A stretch of 64,000 bases of DNA from Candidatus Eiseniibacteriota bacterium (GTDB lineage: Bacteria; Eisenbacteria; RBG-16-71-46), in assembly GCA_044223005.1 (NCBI GenBank), contig JBGAML010000003.1, positions 160,001-224,000 of the forward strand, given 5' to 3'. Made by a program: the position numbers and the translations under genes. Shown in pieces: positions 9,943 to 21,180 of this stretch. Position 1 is the stretch's first letter. Every line of letters starts with the position of its first letter. The notes below the pieces were generated by a model. The model worked only from the letters and a program-made list of their open reading frames with translations. It was not told where the DNA came from and did no database searches.

Positions 9943-10321
9943 GCTCGAGCAGCCGCAGGATGTCCTCGTGCGAGAGGCGGAGGAACTCGTCCGGGCGCAC
10001 CGCACGATCGTCCACGATGAAGCCGTTCGATCCCGGCCACGGCTTGCCGAAGTGCACCTCGTCGTAGGGCACCTCGTGACGGTCGAGCCACTCGAACACC
10101 GTCCTGGCCGTGTGCGCCATGATCTGCCCGAGATTGCCTTCGTACGTCCGCATGTTCCGCGCCGTGTGCAGGATCACGTAGAACCCGCGGCTCCGGTACT
10201 CCCGGAGCTTCTCGAGCATGCCGGGCCGTGGCTTCAGGTCGGCGTAGTCGACGCCGGGGGGCTTGGACTCGCAGAGGGTTCCGTCGAGGTCCAGGACGAT
10301 GACGTTCTCGCTGCGGATCAT
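9935..10321 (-). CDS. HAD-superfamily capsule biosynthesis phosphatase (EcbF/BcbF family)
   Basis: VLDLDGTLC, HTARNMRTYEGN, VPYDEVHFGKPWPG..GFIVDDRAVRPDEF. Confidence 0.9.
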   Translation of the reverse strand: MIRSENVIVLDLDGTLCESKPPGVDYADLKPRPGMLEKLREYRSRGFYVILHTARNMRTYEGNLGQIMAHTARTVFEWLDRHEVPYDEVHFGKPWPGSNGFIVDDRAVRPDEFLRLSHEDILRLLEHA

Positions 10322-10504
10322 GGTGCTCCACGCTTCGGAGAGCCGGACGATGCGTCGCGGGCCGCGCCGGCGGCGCGTGACGGGTGCGGAACCGGTGGAG
10401 AGTCGTCGCAGAGCCCTGCGACGTCAAGCGTACCGCGCGTTCGGGCTCACGGAACCGCGCGCGCGGAGCCCTCGCGCGTGCGGCCGCGAACGACGTCGCG
10501 CCGG

Positions 10505-10534
10505 TTGACCCGAGGCGTCCCGAGCCCCTAACCT
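10505..10534 (+). promoter_or_regulatory. Sigma70-type promoter of the ugd operon
   Basis: TTGACC-N18-TAACCT in the divergent intergenic region. Confidence 0.55.
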
Positions 10535-10632
10535 GACCGGCCGATTGTGACGTCCGCTGGGACGACGCAGTGCATGTCCGCGAGCCCGTCTCACTCCCGT
10601 GAACGGTGCCGGCGGCGAAAGGACCCTATCCC

Positions 10633-11992
<1,360 letters not shown>

Positions 11993-12000
<8 letters not shown>

Positions 12001-13060
12001 GACGGGGACGGAGAAGGAGCGTTCGCTCGACGGCCGCCGGGTCCTCGTGACCGGCGGCGCGGGCTTCATCGGCTCCAGCTTCGTCCATCGGCTGCTCGGG
12101 CGCTCGCCGGGCGCGCACGTGGTCGTGCTCGACGCCCTCACGTACGCGGGCCGGCGCGAGAACCTCGACGGAATCCCGCCGTCGCAGCTCACGTTCGTGC
12201 ACGGCGACATCCGCGACCCGCAGGCCGTCGCGCAGGCCATGGCGGGATGCGACTACGTACTGAACTTCGCGGCGGAGTCGCACGTCGACCGCTCGATCGA
12301 GACGCCGGGCGATTTCATCCAGACGGACGTCTACGGCGTGTTCGTGCTCGCCGAGGAGGCCCGCCGGCTCGGCGTGAAGCGCTTCGTCCAGGTCTCGACC
12401 GACGAAGTCTACGGCGAGGTGCTCGAGGGCCACTCGACCGAGGATTGGCCGTTGAACCCGCGCTCGCCGTACGCCGCCAGCAAGGCCGGCGGCGACCGGC
12501 TCGCCTACGCGTACTGGTGCACGTACGGCCTGCCCGTGGTCGTGACGCGCTGCTCGAACAACTACGGGCCACGCCAGTATCCCGAGAAGCTCGTGCCGCT
12601 GTTCGTCACGAACGCGCTCGACGGCGAGCCGCTGCCCGTCTACGGCACCGGCCTCAACCGCCGCGACTGGCTGCACGTGGACGACCACTGCGACGCCCTC
12701 CTCACGCTGCTCGAGTTTCCGGGCGTCGAGGGCGAGACGTTCAACATCGGTGCACAGCACGAACTCGACGTACTGACGATCACCGACACGCTGCTGCGGC
12801 TGCTCGACCGGCCGCGCACGCTCATCCGTCACGTCGAAGACCGGCCGGGACACGACCGGCGCTACGCGGTGGATTCCAGCAAGCTCACGCGCGTCACCGG
12901 CTGGCGGCCGAAGATCGGCTTCGAGGAAGGGATCACGCAGACCGTGGAGTGGTTCCGCCGGAACGAGTCGTGGTGGAGACCGATCAAGCAAGGCGAGTTC
13001 CGCGCGTACTACGAGCGCATGTATGGGCAGCGGAAGGTGCTCAAGGAGGTTCGTTCGTGA
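11993..13060 (+). CDS. rfbB: dTDP-glucose 4,6-dehydratase
   Basis: VTGGAGFIGS, DALTYAG, FAAESHVDRSI, VSTDEVYG, PYAASK, DRPGHDRRYA. Confidence 0.93.
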
Positions 13061-14670
13061 AGTCGTTGCACCCGCGCATGCTGATGCTCGCGCTCGTGGT
13101 GACGCTCGCCGGCTCGGCCGTCGGGGCGCGCGCGCAGACCCCGATTCTCGACACGCCGAACGACGATCGCAACGACGTCACGCCGTCGGGCCTGACCCCG
13201 CGACCGACCGAACTCGACCGCGACGCGAGCCCCGCGCAACTCGCCGGGCCCGTGGATCCCCGGACCTACCGGCTCGGCCCCGGCGACCAGCTCGTGCTGG
13301 TCGTGCGCGGGGCGATCTCGCGCGACGTGCCGCTGGAGGTCGCGCCCGAAGGCTCGATCCTCGTGCCCAACGAGGGCGCGGTCCCGGCCGCCGGCCGCAT
13401 GCTCGCCGACGTTCGCGCCGACGTGCTCGCGCGGCTGCGCCGCCTCTACCGGTCGGTCGACGTGCAGCTGCTGCTGGCGCGGCCGCGCACGTTCCGGGTC
13501 TACCTCACCGGCGCGGTCAACATGCCGGGACCGGTGCTCGCGAACGGATCGTTCCGCGTCGCCGACGTGCTCGCGCCGACGCAGCTCGCCGACCGCGCCT
13601 CGCAGCGCAACATCGAGGTGATCCACACCGACGGCACGAGCGAGCGTTGCGACCTGCAGCTGTTCCTGCAGACGGGCAACGCCCGGTGGAATCCCGCGCT
13701 GCGCGACGGCGATGTCGTGCAGGTGCCGGTCGGCACGCGCTTCATCCACGCCGAGGGCGCGCTCGCCCGCCCGGGCCGCTACGAACTCGGCCAGGACGAC
13801 AGCCTCTCGACGCTCGTGCGGCTCGCCGGCGGCGTGCTTCCGTCGGCGCGGCTCGATCGCATCCTCGTGGTGCAGTTCTCCGGCTCGGCCACTCCCGAGT
13901 CGCTGTGGATGCCCGCGAGCGATGCCCTCGAGGGCATCGCGAACCCGAAGCTCGCGGATGGTTCGCGGGTCTACGTGTTCGACACGCCGCGCTACCGGCT
14001 CGTGCACCAGGTGACGGTGGTCGGCGAGGTCGGCCAGCCCGGGACGTACCCGATCGTCGAAGGCCGGACCACGCTCAGCGACCTGGTCGCGTGGGCGCAC
14101 GGCCTGCTGCCGACGGCGGATTCGAGCGCGATCCGCGTTCACCGCGCGGACAATCTCACGAGCGGCGGCAAGGATCCCGAGATGGAGCGCCTGCTCCGCC
14201 TGTCGCGGAGCGAGCTCACGTCGAGCGAGTACGAGGTGCTGCGCACACGCCTGTCCGCCATGCGCGAGGACTACAGCGTCGACTGGACCCGGAAGTCCGA
14301 GGGTGACGGGCGCGACCTGCTGCTGCGCGACAGCGACATCGTCCGCGTCGACCGGCGCACGCTCTCGGTGCGGATCGGCGGGGAAGTGCAGCACCCCGGC
14401 ATCCTGAACTTCCAGTCGGGCCTGGGCGTCGCGACGTACATCACCCAGGCGGGCGGCTACACGAATCGCGCGTGGCGCGGCAAGGTGCGGGTCACCCGCG
14501 CGGTGACCGGGCAGACGCTGCTGGCCGCCAACGTGAAGTCGCTCGACGCGGGCGACATCATCTGGGTGCCCGAGCGGCCCGACCGCACGCTGTGGGACAA
14601 CGCGAAGGAAGTGCTCGTGGCGCTGTCGCAGGTCGCCACGATCGTCATTGCCATCCGGAGCCTGAGATGA
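13057..14670 (+). CDS. Polysaccharide export protein with multiple SLBB domains (Wza/KpsD-like)
   Basis: Signal peptide; YRLGPGDQL poly-export motif; repeated V.GEV..PG.Y SLBB units. Confidence 0.88.
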   Translation: MKSLHPRMLMLALVVTLAGSAVGARAQTPILDTPNDDRNDVTPSGLTPRPTELDRDASPAQLAGPVDPRTYRLGPGDQLVLVVRGAISRDVPLEVAPEGSILVPNEGAVPAAGRMLADVRADVLARLRRLYRSVDVQLLLARPRTFRVYLTGAVNMPGPVLANGSFRVADVLAPTQLADRASQRNIEVIHTDGTSERCDLQLFLQTGNARWNPALRDGDVVQVPVGTRFIHAEGALARPGRYELGQDDSLSTLVRLAGGVLPSARLDRILVVQFSGSATPESLWMPASDALEGIANPKLADGSRVYVFDTPRYRLVHQVTVVGEVGQPGTYPIVEGRTTLSDLVAWAHGLLPTADSSAIRVHRADNLTSGGKDPEMERLLRLSRSELTSSEYEVLRTRLSAMREDYSVDWTRKSEGDGRDLLLRDSDIVRVDRRTLSVRIGGEVQHPGILNFQSGLGVATYITQAGGYTNRAWRGKVRVTRAVTGQTLLAANVKSLDAGDIIWVPERPDRTLWDNAKEVLVALSQVATIVIAIRSLR

Positions 14671-15758
14671 CGCCCGAACACGACGCGAACGACGTACCCG
14701 TGGAGCAGTCGATCGACTTCGGTCGCATCTGGGACCGGATCGCATCGAAGCGGCAGGTCGTGATCCGGATGACGCTCGTGGCGACGCTCGTCATGGCCGG
14801 GATCGCGTTCCTCCTGCCCAACTGGTACCAGGGCGACGTGTCGATCATGCCCCCGAGCGAGGACATCTCGTTCGGGCTCGGCAACCTGCTCAAGGGCATC
14901 GGCGTGCCCGGCGTCAAGGTGCCCACCCAGGCGACGCCGGCCGAGGTCTTCAAGGCGATCCTCGAGAGCCGCCGGATCAACGAGCGCATCGTCGAGCGCT
15001 TCGGCCTGAAGAAGCTCTACCGCAAGAAGTACATGATCGATGCGCTGAAGGAACTCCGGCGCCACGTGAAGGTCCGCGTCGACGACGTGGGCATGATCCT
15101 GATCAGCGCGGAGGACCGGGATCCCCAGCGTGCGGCGGACCTCGCGAACGCCTACGCCGAGGAACTCGACCGCTACAACCGCGAATCGCGCATGACACGG
15201 GGTTCGCGTACGCGGGCGTTCATCGGCTCGCGCCTGGATTCGACCCGGCGCGAACTCAAGGCCGCCGAAGACCGGCTCGCGGCCTACGAGTCCGCCCACA
15301 AGACCGTGGCGCTGTCGTCGGAGTCGTCCAGTTCCGTGAACGCGGCGGCGTGGGCCTATGCGAACCGCGCGGCGCTCGGCGTGCGGCTCGGTGTCCTGCG
15401 CGACATCAGCCGCGAGACCACCGACGAAGAGCGCAGCCTGCTCGCGCAGATGGCCCAGCTCGACCGGCAGATCGAGGCAATGCCGGTGTCGGGCCTCGGG
15501 GTCGCGCGCCTGCTGCGCGACGTGAAGGTCGGCGAGCAGCTCTACCTGCTTCTCTCGGCGCAGTACGAGGACGCCCGGATCACCGAGACCCGCGACGTCG
15601 CGACGGTCGAGGTGCTGGATCGCGCCACGCGCCCCGAGAAGAAATCCCGGCCGCACCGGCTCCAGCTCGTGGCGATCGGTTTCGTGTTCGGCCTGGTCGC
15701 GAGCGTCGCCTACGCGGGCATGAACGAGCCGGCGGCCGGCACGGCCGCGCGGAGCTGA
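14667..15758 (+). CDS. Polysaccharide co-polymerase / chain-length determinant (Wzz/GumC, GNVR-like; no kinase domain)
   Basis: Two TM segments flanking coiled coil; DPQRAADLANAY; VEVLDRATRPEKKSRP. Confidence 0.85.
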   Translation: MTPEHDANDVPVEQSIDFGRIWDRIASKRQVVIRMTLVATLVMAGIAFLLPNWYQGDVSIMPPSEDISFGLGNLLKGIGVPGVKVPTQATPAEVFKAILESRRINERIVERFGLKKLYRKKYMIDALKELRRHVKVRVDDVGMILISAEDRDPQRAADLANAYAEELDRYNRESRMTRGSRTRAFIGSRLDSTRRELKAAEDRLAAYESAHKTVALSSESSSSVNAAAWAYANRAALGVRLGVLRDISRETTDEERSLLAQMAQLDRQIEAMPVSGLGVARLLRDVKVGEQLYLLLSAQYEDARITETRDVATVEVLDRATRPEKKSRPHRLQLVAIGFVFGLVASVAYAGMNEPAAGTAARS

Positions 15759-15795
15759 TGCCGGCGCGGGTCTGCCCGCGCCGGCGGGAGAAACG

Positions 15796-17004
15796 GTGAG
15801 CCGACCGCACGCACTGGTGCTCGCTCCGCGCCTGCCGTGGCCGCTCGACGACGGCGGCCACATCGCCACCTGGCAGAGCCTCTGGGCCATTTCGCGCGAG
15901 TACGACACGACGCTCGTCGCGCTGGTGCCCGAGGCCGATGCGGCTCGCCCGCTGCCGGGAGCGTTCGCGGAGATCGGCGTCGACGTGGTGCGCGTGGGGC
16001 ACCGCCCCCCGTGGACGCCGCTCGCGCTCGCGCGAGGCACCTTCGGGCGCTGGCCCTACATGCTGGCGCGCTACCGCAACGCGACCCTCGACGCCACGCT
16101 CCGGCGCATGGTGGCGGCGCGCCGTCCGGTGCTGGTGATGGCGAACAAGCTGCACATGACCACCTACTTCGACGCGCTCGCCGGAGTGCCCGCGATGCTG
16201 CGAGCCCACGATCTCGAGCACGAGTGGCTCGAGCGCTACGCCGATCGGCTCACCAATCCCCTGGTGCGTGCATACGCGCGAGCCCAGGCCCGCCGCACGG
16301 TCCAGGCCGAGCGTGAGCTCTACGCTCGATGCCGCCTGGTGCTGCCGGTGCAGGAGCGCGAGGCCGACGCCATCCGTGCGCTCGCGCCCGGGACGCGGGT
16401 GGAGGCCTTGCCGATCGGCGTGGACCTGTCGCGCTACCGCCCGCGCGCCCCCGAGTCGCCGCCGCTGGTGACGCTCATGGGCTCGTGGGACTGGGCCCCG
16501 AACGCCGACGGGGGACGGCTCTTCCTCGAGCGCTCCTGGCCGCGGGTGCGCGCCGTCGCGCCGCAGGCGCGGCTGCGCGTCGTGGGCAAGAAGCTGCCGG
16601 TGGCGCTGGCCGACGCCGCGCGCCGCGCGGGCGGCGAGCCCGTCGGGTACGTGGAGGACATGACGCTCGAGTTCGCGCGCGCGGCGGTGATGCCCGTGCC
16701 GCTCTGGATGGGCTCCGGGATCCGCGTCAAGATCATCGAGGCGCTCGCTGCCGGTGCACCCATCGTGTCGACGCCCCTGGGAGCGGAAGGGCTCGAGCTC
16801 GAGCACGGCGTGCACGCGCTGTTCGCCGAGACTCCCGAGGCGATCGGCGATGCCGTCGGTGCGCTCGTCAACGATCCGGAGCGCGCGCGGCGCATGAGCG
16901 AGGCGGGGCGCGAACTCGCCCGCCGCACGCTGTCCCAGGAAGCGATCGGCGAGCGCATGCTCGCGGCCTGCCGTGCGGCACTCGAGGAGCGGAGGACCGC
17001 GTGA
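15796..17004 (+). CDS. Glycosyltransferase family 4
   Basis: PRLPWPLDDGG, GSWDWAPNADG, GSGIRVKIIEALAAGAPIVST. Confidence 0.88.
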   Translation: MSRPHALVLAPRLPWPLDDGGHIATWQSLWAISREYDTTLVALVPEADAARPLPGAFAEIGVDVVRVGHRPPWTPLALARGTFGRWPYMLARYRNATLDATLRRMVAARRPVLVMANKLHMTTYFDALAGVPAMLRAHDLEHEWLERYADRLTNPLVRAYARAQARRTVQAERELYARCRLVLPVQEREADAIRALAPGTRVEALPIGVDLSRYRPRAPESPPLVTLMGSWDWAPNADGGRLFLERSWPRVRAVAPQARLRVVGKKLPVALADAARRAGGEPVGYVEDMTLEFARAAVMPVPLWMGSGIRVKIIEALAAGAPIVSTPLGAEGLELEHGVHALFAETPEAIGDAVGALVNDPERARRMSEAGRELARRTLSQEAIGERMLAACRAALEERRTA

Positions 17005-18140
17005 AGATCCTCCACCTCTACAAGGACTACTTTCCGCCGACGGTGGGCGGGATCGAGCAGAGCGTCGGCCGGTTGGCCGTCGCGGGCGCGAAGGCGGGCA
17101 ACGACGTGACCGTGCTGACCTCGAACCCGCGCTCGCCTGCGACGGTTCGCGAGAGGATCGACGGCGTGACGGTGATCCGCTGCGGCGAGTGGCTCCGGGC
17201 CCTCTCGACGCCGATCTGCCCCGGCATGGCGGGGGAGCTGTCGAAGCTCGACGCCGACGTCGTGCACCTGCACTACCCGAGCCCGACCGGCGAGGTGAGC
17301 TGGCTGCTCGCGCGGCCCCGGGCCGCGATCGTGGTGACCTACTACTGCGACATCGTGCGCCAGAAAGCCGTCCTGCCGGTCTACGGTCACGTCATTCGCG
17401 CCATGATGCGGGCCGCCGACGCGATCGTTCCCATCTACGAAGGGCAGGCGCAGTCCTCGCCCTTCGTGCGCCCGCATCTCGACAAGTGCCACGTCGCCCC
17501 GTTCGGCAGCGACCTCGAGCCGTTCGCGGCGAGCCCCGCACGCGAGCGCACGGCGGCCGCGGTGCGCTCGCGCCACGGCACGCCGCTCGTGGTCTTCGTC
17601 GGCCGGCTCGTCACCTACAAGGGCGTGGACGTGCTGCTGCGGGCGATGCCGGACGTTCGGGCCCGGCTCCTCGTCGTGGGCGGCGGTCCCGAGGAACCGC
17701 GCCTGCGCGCGCTCGCGGGACAGCTCGGCCTCGGGGATCGGGTCGCGTTCACCGGCCGGATCGACGCTGCCGATCTGCCGGGTCACATGGCGGCCGCCGA
17801 CGTCGGCGTGCTGCCGTCGGTGACTCGCGCCGAGGCGTTCGGGCTCTCGATGGTCGAGATGATGTCGTGCGGGGTGCCGATGGTGTGCACCGAAGTCGGC
17901 ACCGCCACGTCGTTCGTGAACGCGCACGGCACGACCGGCCTCGTCGTCCCTCCGGGCGACCCGGCGAAGCTCGCCGCGGCGCTCAACGAGCTGCTCGCGG
18001 ACGACGCGCGTCGAACCGCGATGGGCGCCGCCGCTCGGGAGCGCGCCCGGACGCTCTTCGGATTCGACCACGTCGAGCGCCGCATGGCGGAGATCTACGC
18101 CGCCGCGCTGGCCCGTCGGCGGAGCCGGAAGCGCGGCTGA
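17001..18140 (+). CDS. Glycosyltransferase family 4 (mannosyl/rhamnosyltransferase-like)
   Basis: KILHLYKDYFPPTVGGIE, FVGRLVTYKG, EAFGLSMVEMMSCG. Confidence 0.88.
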   Translation: MKILHLYKDYFPPTVGGIEQSVGRLAVAGAKAGNDVTVLTSNPRSPATVRERIDGVTVIRCGEWLRALSTPICPGMAGELSKLDADVVHLHYPSPTGEVSWLLARPRAAIVVTYYCDIVRQKAVLPVYGHVIRAMMRAADAIVPIYEGQAQSSPFVRPHLDKCHVAPFGSDLEPFAASPARERTAAAVRSRHGTPLVVFVGRLVTYKGVDVLLRAMPDVRARLLVVGGGPEEPRLRALAGQLGLGDRVAFTGRIDAADLPGHMAAADVGVLPSVTRAEAFGLSMVEMMSCGVPMVCTEVGTATSFVNAHGTTGLVVPPGDPAKLAAALNELLADDARRTAMGAAARERARTLFGFDHVERRMAEIYAAALARRRSRKRG

Positions 18141-18250
18141 TCGCCCGTTTCGCGAACTCGCGGGAATCGCCGTGCCCCGAACGGGGTAGGAACGGTTCAC
18201 GATCATCGAGCGAAAAGCCCCGGAGATGGGAATTCGGTGCCTCCGGGGCA

Positions 18251-18280
18251 TTGACGTGGCCGTGACTCCGGGACTAGGCT
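18251..18280 (+). promoter_or_regulatory. Sigma70-type promoter
   Basis: TTGACG-N18-TAGGCT upstream of the epimerase gene; preceded by hairpin GCCCCGGAG...CTCCGGGGC (18217-18249). Confidence 0.55.
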
Positions 18281-18389
18281 GCGGGGTCGACGAACAGGCC
18301 GCATTCCCCCGCGTCGGACCGACGGGCGGCTGCGCCGCAAACGACCTGTCATCGTTCCCCACGGACGACGCGAGCTTCGAGGAGCCCTC

Positions 18390-19388
18390 ATGAAGGTCCT
18401 GGTCACAGGAGGTGCCGGCTTCATCGGGTCACATCTTTGCGAGGAGTTGCTCAAGACCGGACACGAAGTCTGGGCCCTCGACGACCTTTCGACCGGACGG
18501 GTCGAGAACCTGCAGACGTTCGCGCGCCACCCGCGCTTCCGCTTCCTCGAAGGCAATGTGATGGATGCGCCCCTGGTCCACGGTCTCGTGGCCCAGTGCG
18601 AGCGCGTCTACCACCTCGCCGCGGCGGTCGGCGTCAAGTACGTGCTCGAGAACCCCCTGCGCTCGCTGCTCACGAACATCCGCGGCACCGAGGTGGTGCT
18701 CGAGGCGTGTTCCGAGCACGACCGGCAGGTGATGGTGACCTCGAGCAGCGAGGTCTACGGCAAGGGCGTGACGGTCCCGTTCTCCGAGGACGACGATCGC
18801 CTCATGGGCCCGACGCACAAGCTTCGCTGGTCGTACGCGGCCGGCAAGGCGGTGGACGAGTGCCTCGCGCAGGCCTACTACCAGCAGCACCAGCTGCCGG
18901 TCGTGATCGTCCGCTGCTTCAACACCTGCGGGCCGCGGCAGTCCAGCGCGTACGGCATGGTGATCCCGAACATGGTGCAGCGCGCGCTCCAGAACCAGCC
19001 GATCCTCGTGTTCGGCGATGGCAAGCAGTCGCGCTGCTTCTCCTCGGTCGCGGACGTCGTTCGCGGCTCGCTGCTGCTGATGGACTGCAACGAGGCCAAG
19101 GGCGAGGTCTTCAACGTGGGCTCGGACGAGGAGATCTCGGTGCTCGAGCTGGCGCAGAAGATCAAGCGCATGTGCCACAGCGAGTCGTCGATCGAGTTCG
19201 TGCCGTACGAGCAGGTCTACGGGCAGTCGTTCGAGGACATGCGGCGCCGGGTGCCGAACCTGGAGAAGATCCGCCGCTACACGGGCTACCGCCCGCAGGT
19301 GTCGCTCGAGCGCTTGCTGGAATCCACGATTCGCGATCACTGCGATCGCATGCGGATTCCCTGCCCGGTCGGCCTCGCGACCGCCTGA
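18390..19388 (+). CDS. NAD-dependent nucleotide-sugar epimerase/dehydratase
   Basis: VTGGAGFIGSHL, HLAAAVGV, SSSEVYGK, RWSYAAGK; GGAG RBS. Confidence 0.9.
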   Translation: MKVLVTGGAGFIGSHLCEELLKTGHEVWALDDLSTGRVENLQTFARHPRFRFLEGNVMDAPLVHGLVAQCERVYHLAAAVGVKYVLENPLRSLLTNIRGTEVVLEACSEHDRQVMVTSSSEVYGKGVTVPFSEDDDRLMGPTHKLRWSYAAGKAVDECLAQAYYQQHQLPVVIVRCFNTCGPRQSSAYGMVIPNMVQRALQNQPILVFGDGKQSRCFSSVADVVRGSLLLMDCNEAKGEVFNVGSDEEISVLELAQKIKRMCHSESSIEFVPYEQVYGQSFEDMRRRVPNLEKIRRYTGYRPQVSLERLLESTIRDHCDRMRIPCPVGLATA

Positions 19389-19413
19389 TCCGCCGCGTCC
19401 CCGGAGCCGCACG

Positions 19414-20436
19414 GTGCCCCTGGCCGCTTTCCTGATCGCCGCGGTGGCGACGTTCGTGCTCGTGCCGCTGGCGGTGAAGCTGGCGTGGGCGACGGGCTAC
19501 CTGGACCACCCGGAAGCGCGCAAGCTCCACACCTCGGCCACGGCATTGCTGGGCGGCCCCACGGTGTTCGTGTGCGCGCTCGCGGCGTGGGCCGTGTCGC
19601 TGCGGCTCGCACCGCACGCGCCGATGGACATGGATGCGATCGACCTGCTGCTCGGCGCGGCGATCGCGCTCGCGATCGGCCTCTGGGACGATCGCTTCGG
19701 CATGCGGCCGTCGGTCAAGATGCTCGGGCAGGCCGTGGCCGCGACGATCCTGCTCGCGGGCGGCGCGGTGCCGCACGTCGGGCTGCCCGCGGGGATCGCG
19801 GGCGCGCTCGCACTGATCGCGCTGATCGCGCTCATGAACGCGGTCAACTTCCTCGACAACATGAACGGCATGGTGAGCGGGCTCACGTCCATCGCGCTCG
19901 CCGGCTTCGCGTGGACCTCCGCCGCTCGCGGCGCCACGGGCATCGCCGCGGCGCAGCTGGCGCTCGCCGGCGCGTGCGCGGGTTTCCTGCCGCACAACTT
20001 TCCGAAGGCGCGCATCTTCCTCGGCGACGCCGGCAGCCTGCTGCTCGGCTACTGCCTCGGCGCTTCGGCGCTGCTCGCGATCAACGGCGCGTCGCCGGGC
20101 TGGGGGCAGGTGGGCCCGGTGCTGGTGCTCTTCTATCCCGCCTTCGACATGCTGTTCGTGGTGATCACCCGCCTGCGCGAGGGCCGGCACGTCTACCAGG
20201 GCGGCAAGGACCACACGAACCACCGCCTCGCGACGCTCGTCGGCAGCCCGGTGCGCACCGTGCCGCTCATCTGGCTGGGCGGCGCGGCGCTCTGCGCGTG
20301 CGGCCTGTGGGTGACGTGGCAGGGGCACGGCGCCGTGGCGCTGGCGCTGGTGGCCGGCTGGGCCGTCGCCCTCGCCGCGGCCGGGGTCCGGCTGGCCGCG
20401 GTCCCGGTCGAACGGAAGGCCCCGCAGGCCTCCTGA
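19414..20436 (+). CDS. MraY-family undecaprenyl-phosphate GlcNAc-1-phosphate transferase (WecA/TagO-like)
   Basis: DHPEARKLH, GLWDD, NAVNFLDNMNG, PKARIFLGDAGS, DHTNHRL. Confidence 0.88.
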   Translation: MPLAAFLIAAVATFVLVPLAVKLAWATGYLDHPEARKLHTSATALLGGPTVFVCALAAWAVSLRLAPHAPMDMDAIDLLLGAAIALAIGLWDDRFGMRPSVKMLGQAVAATILLAGGAVPHVGLPAGIAGALALIALIALMNAVNFLDNMNGMVSGLTSIALAGFAWTSAARGATGIAAAQLALAGACAGFLPHNFPKARIFLGDAGSLLLGYCLGASALLAINGASPGWGQVGPVLVLFYPAFDMLFVVITRLREGRHVYQGGKDHTNHRLATLVGSPVRTVPLIWLGGAALCACGLWVTWQGHGAVALALVAGWAVALAAAGVRLAAVPVERKAPQAS

Positions 20437-20658
20437 GGCCGTCCCGGGCGCCCCGCTGCGCAGGACGGGGGGCCTGCACTGCGGTGGCCCCATGCGGTAT
20501 AGTCCCGCCCGCGTCCGTTCGCCCGCCCGGCGGGCCGGATGCCCTCCGGCGCCCACGCGGGTCGTATGCGCGGAGGAGTTCGCCCGCGGGATGACGTGCG
20601 CCGAGCGCGCCGCGACCGCCGGGGCGTCGCACCACTCCAACCGAACCGGTGAGCGAGA

Positions 20659-21123
20659 ATGTCCGAGAACACGAACGCGTCCGAGGCCCAGTGGGGCCGC
20701 CGTCTCAAGCGCAAGATCAAGTACGCCGCCCCGCAGGCCGCAGCCGCTGACGCGCTGCCCGTCGGGCCCGTCGACGACGCGGCCGCGCTCGCCAACGCCG
20801 CGACGATCGTACACGCCGAGCGCCCCGCAGCCGCGCCCGCCCCGGCCCGCGCGCCGCGCGTACGCCGCGAACCGGACGACGGCGATTTCCGGCTCCGCGA
20901 CCTCGTCGGCCACATGGCCAAGGGCCTCGTCGACCATCCCGACGACGTCGTGGTCGAGATCCTGTCGGCCGGCGACGACGGCGTGCTGGAACTGCACGTG
21001 AACCCGGACGATCTCGGCCACGTGATCGGCAAGCAGGGCCGCACGGCGCGCTCGCTGCGCCTGACGCTCGGCGCATCGGCCGCGCGCCTCGACCGCCGCG
21101 TCACGCTGGAGATCGCGGACTGA
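20659..21123 (+). CDS. khpA: KH-domain RNA-binding protein KhpA with N-terminal extension
   Basis: LVDHPDDVVV...ELHVNPDDLGHVIGKQGRTARSLR; lies upstream of rimM. Confidence 0.88.
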   Translation: MSENTNASEAQWGRRLKRKIKYAAPQAAAADALPVGPVDDAAALANAATIVHAERPAAAPAPARAPRVRREPDDGDFRLRDLVGHMAKGLVDHPDDVVVEILSAGDDGVLELHVNPDDLGHVIGKQGRTARSLRLTLGASAARLDRRVTLEIAD

Positions 21124-21180
21124 TCCCGTACGCCCCGGCGCGCCGCGCGAGCGGCGCGCGCGTGCGGTAGGCTGCGCGCG

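Noticed and set aside
20437..20658. Expected rpsP (S16) gene upstream of khpA
   Set aside because: No S16-like reading frame is visible in the 222-bp gap
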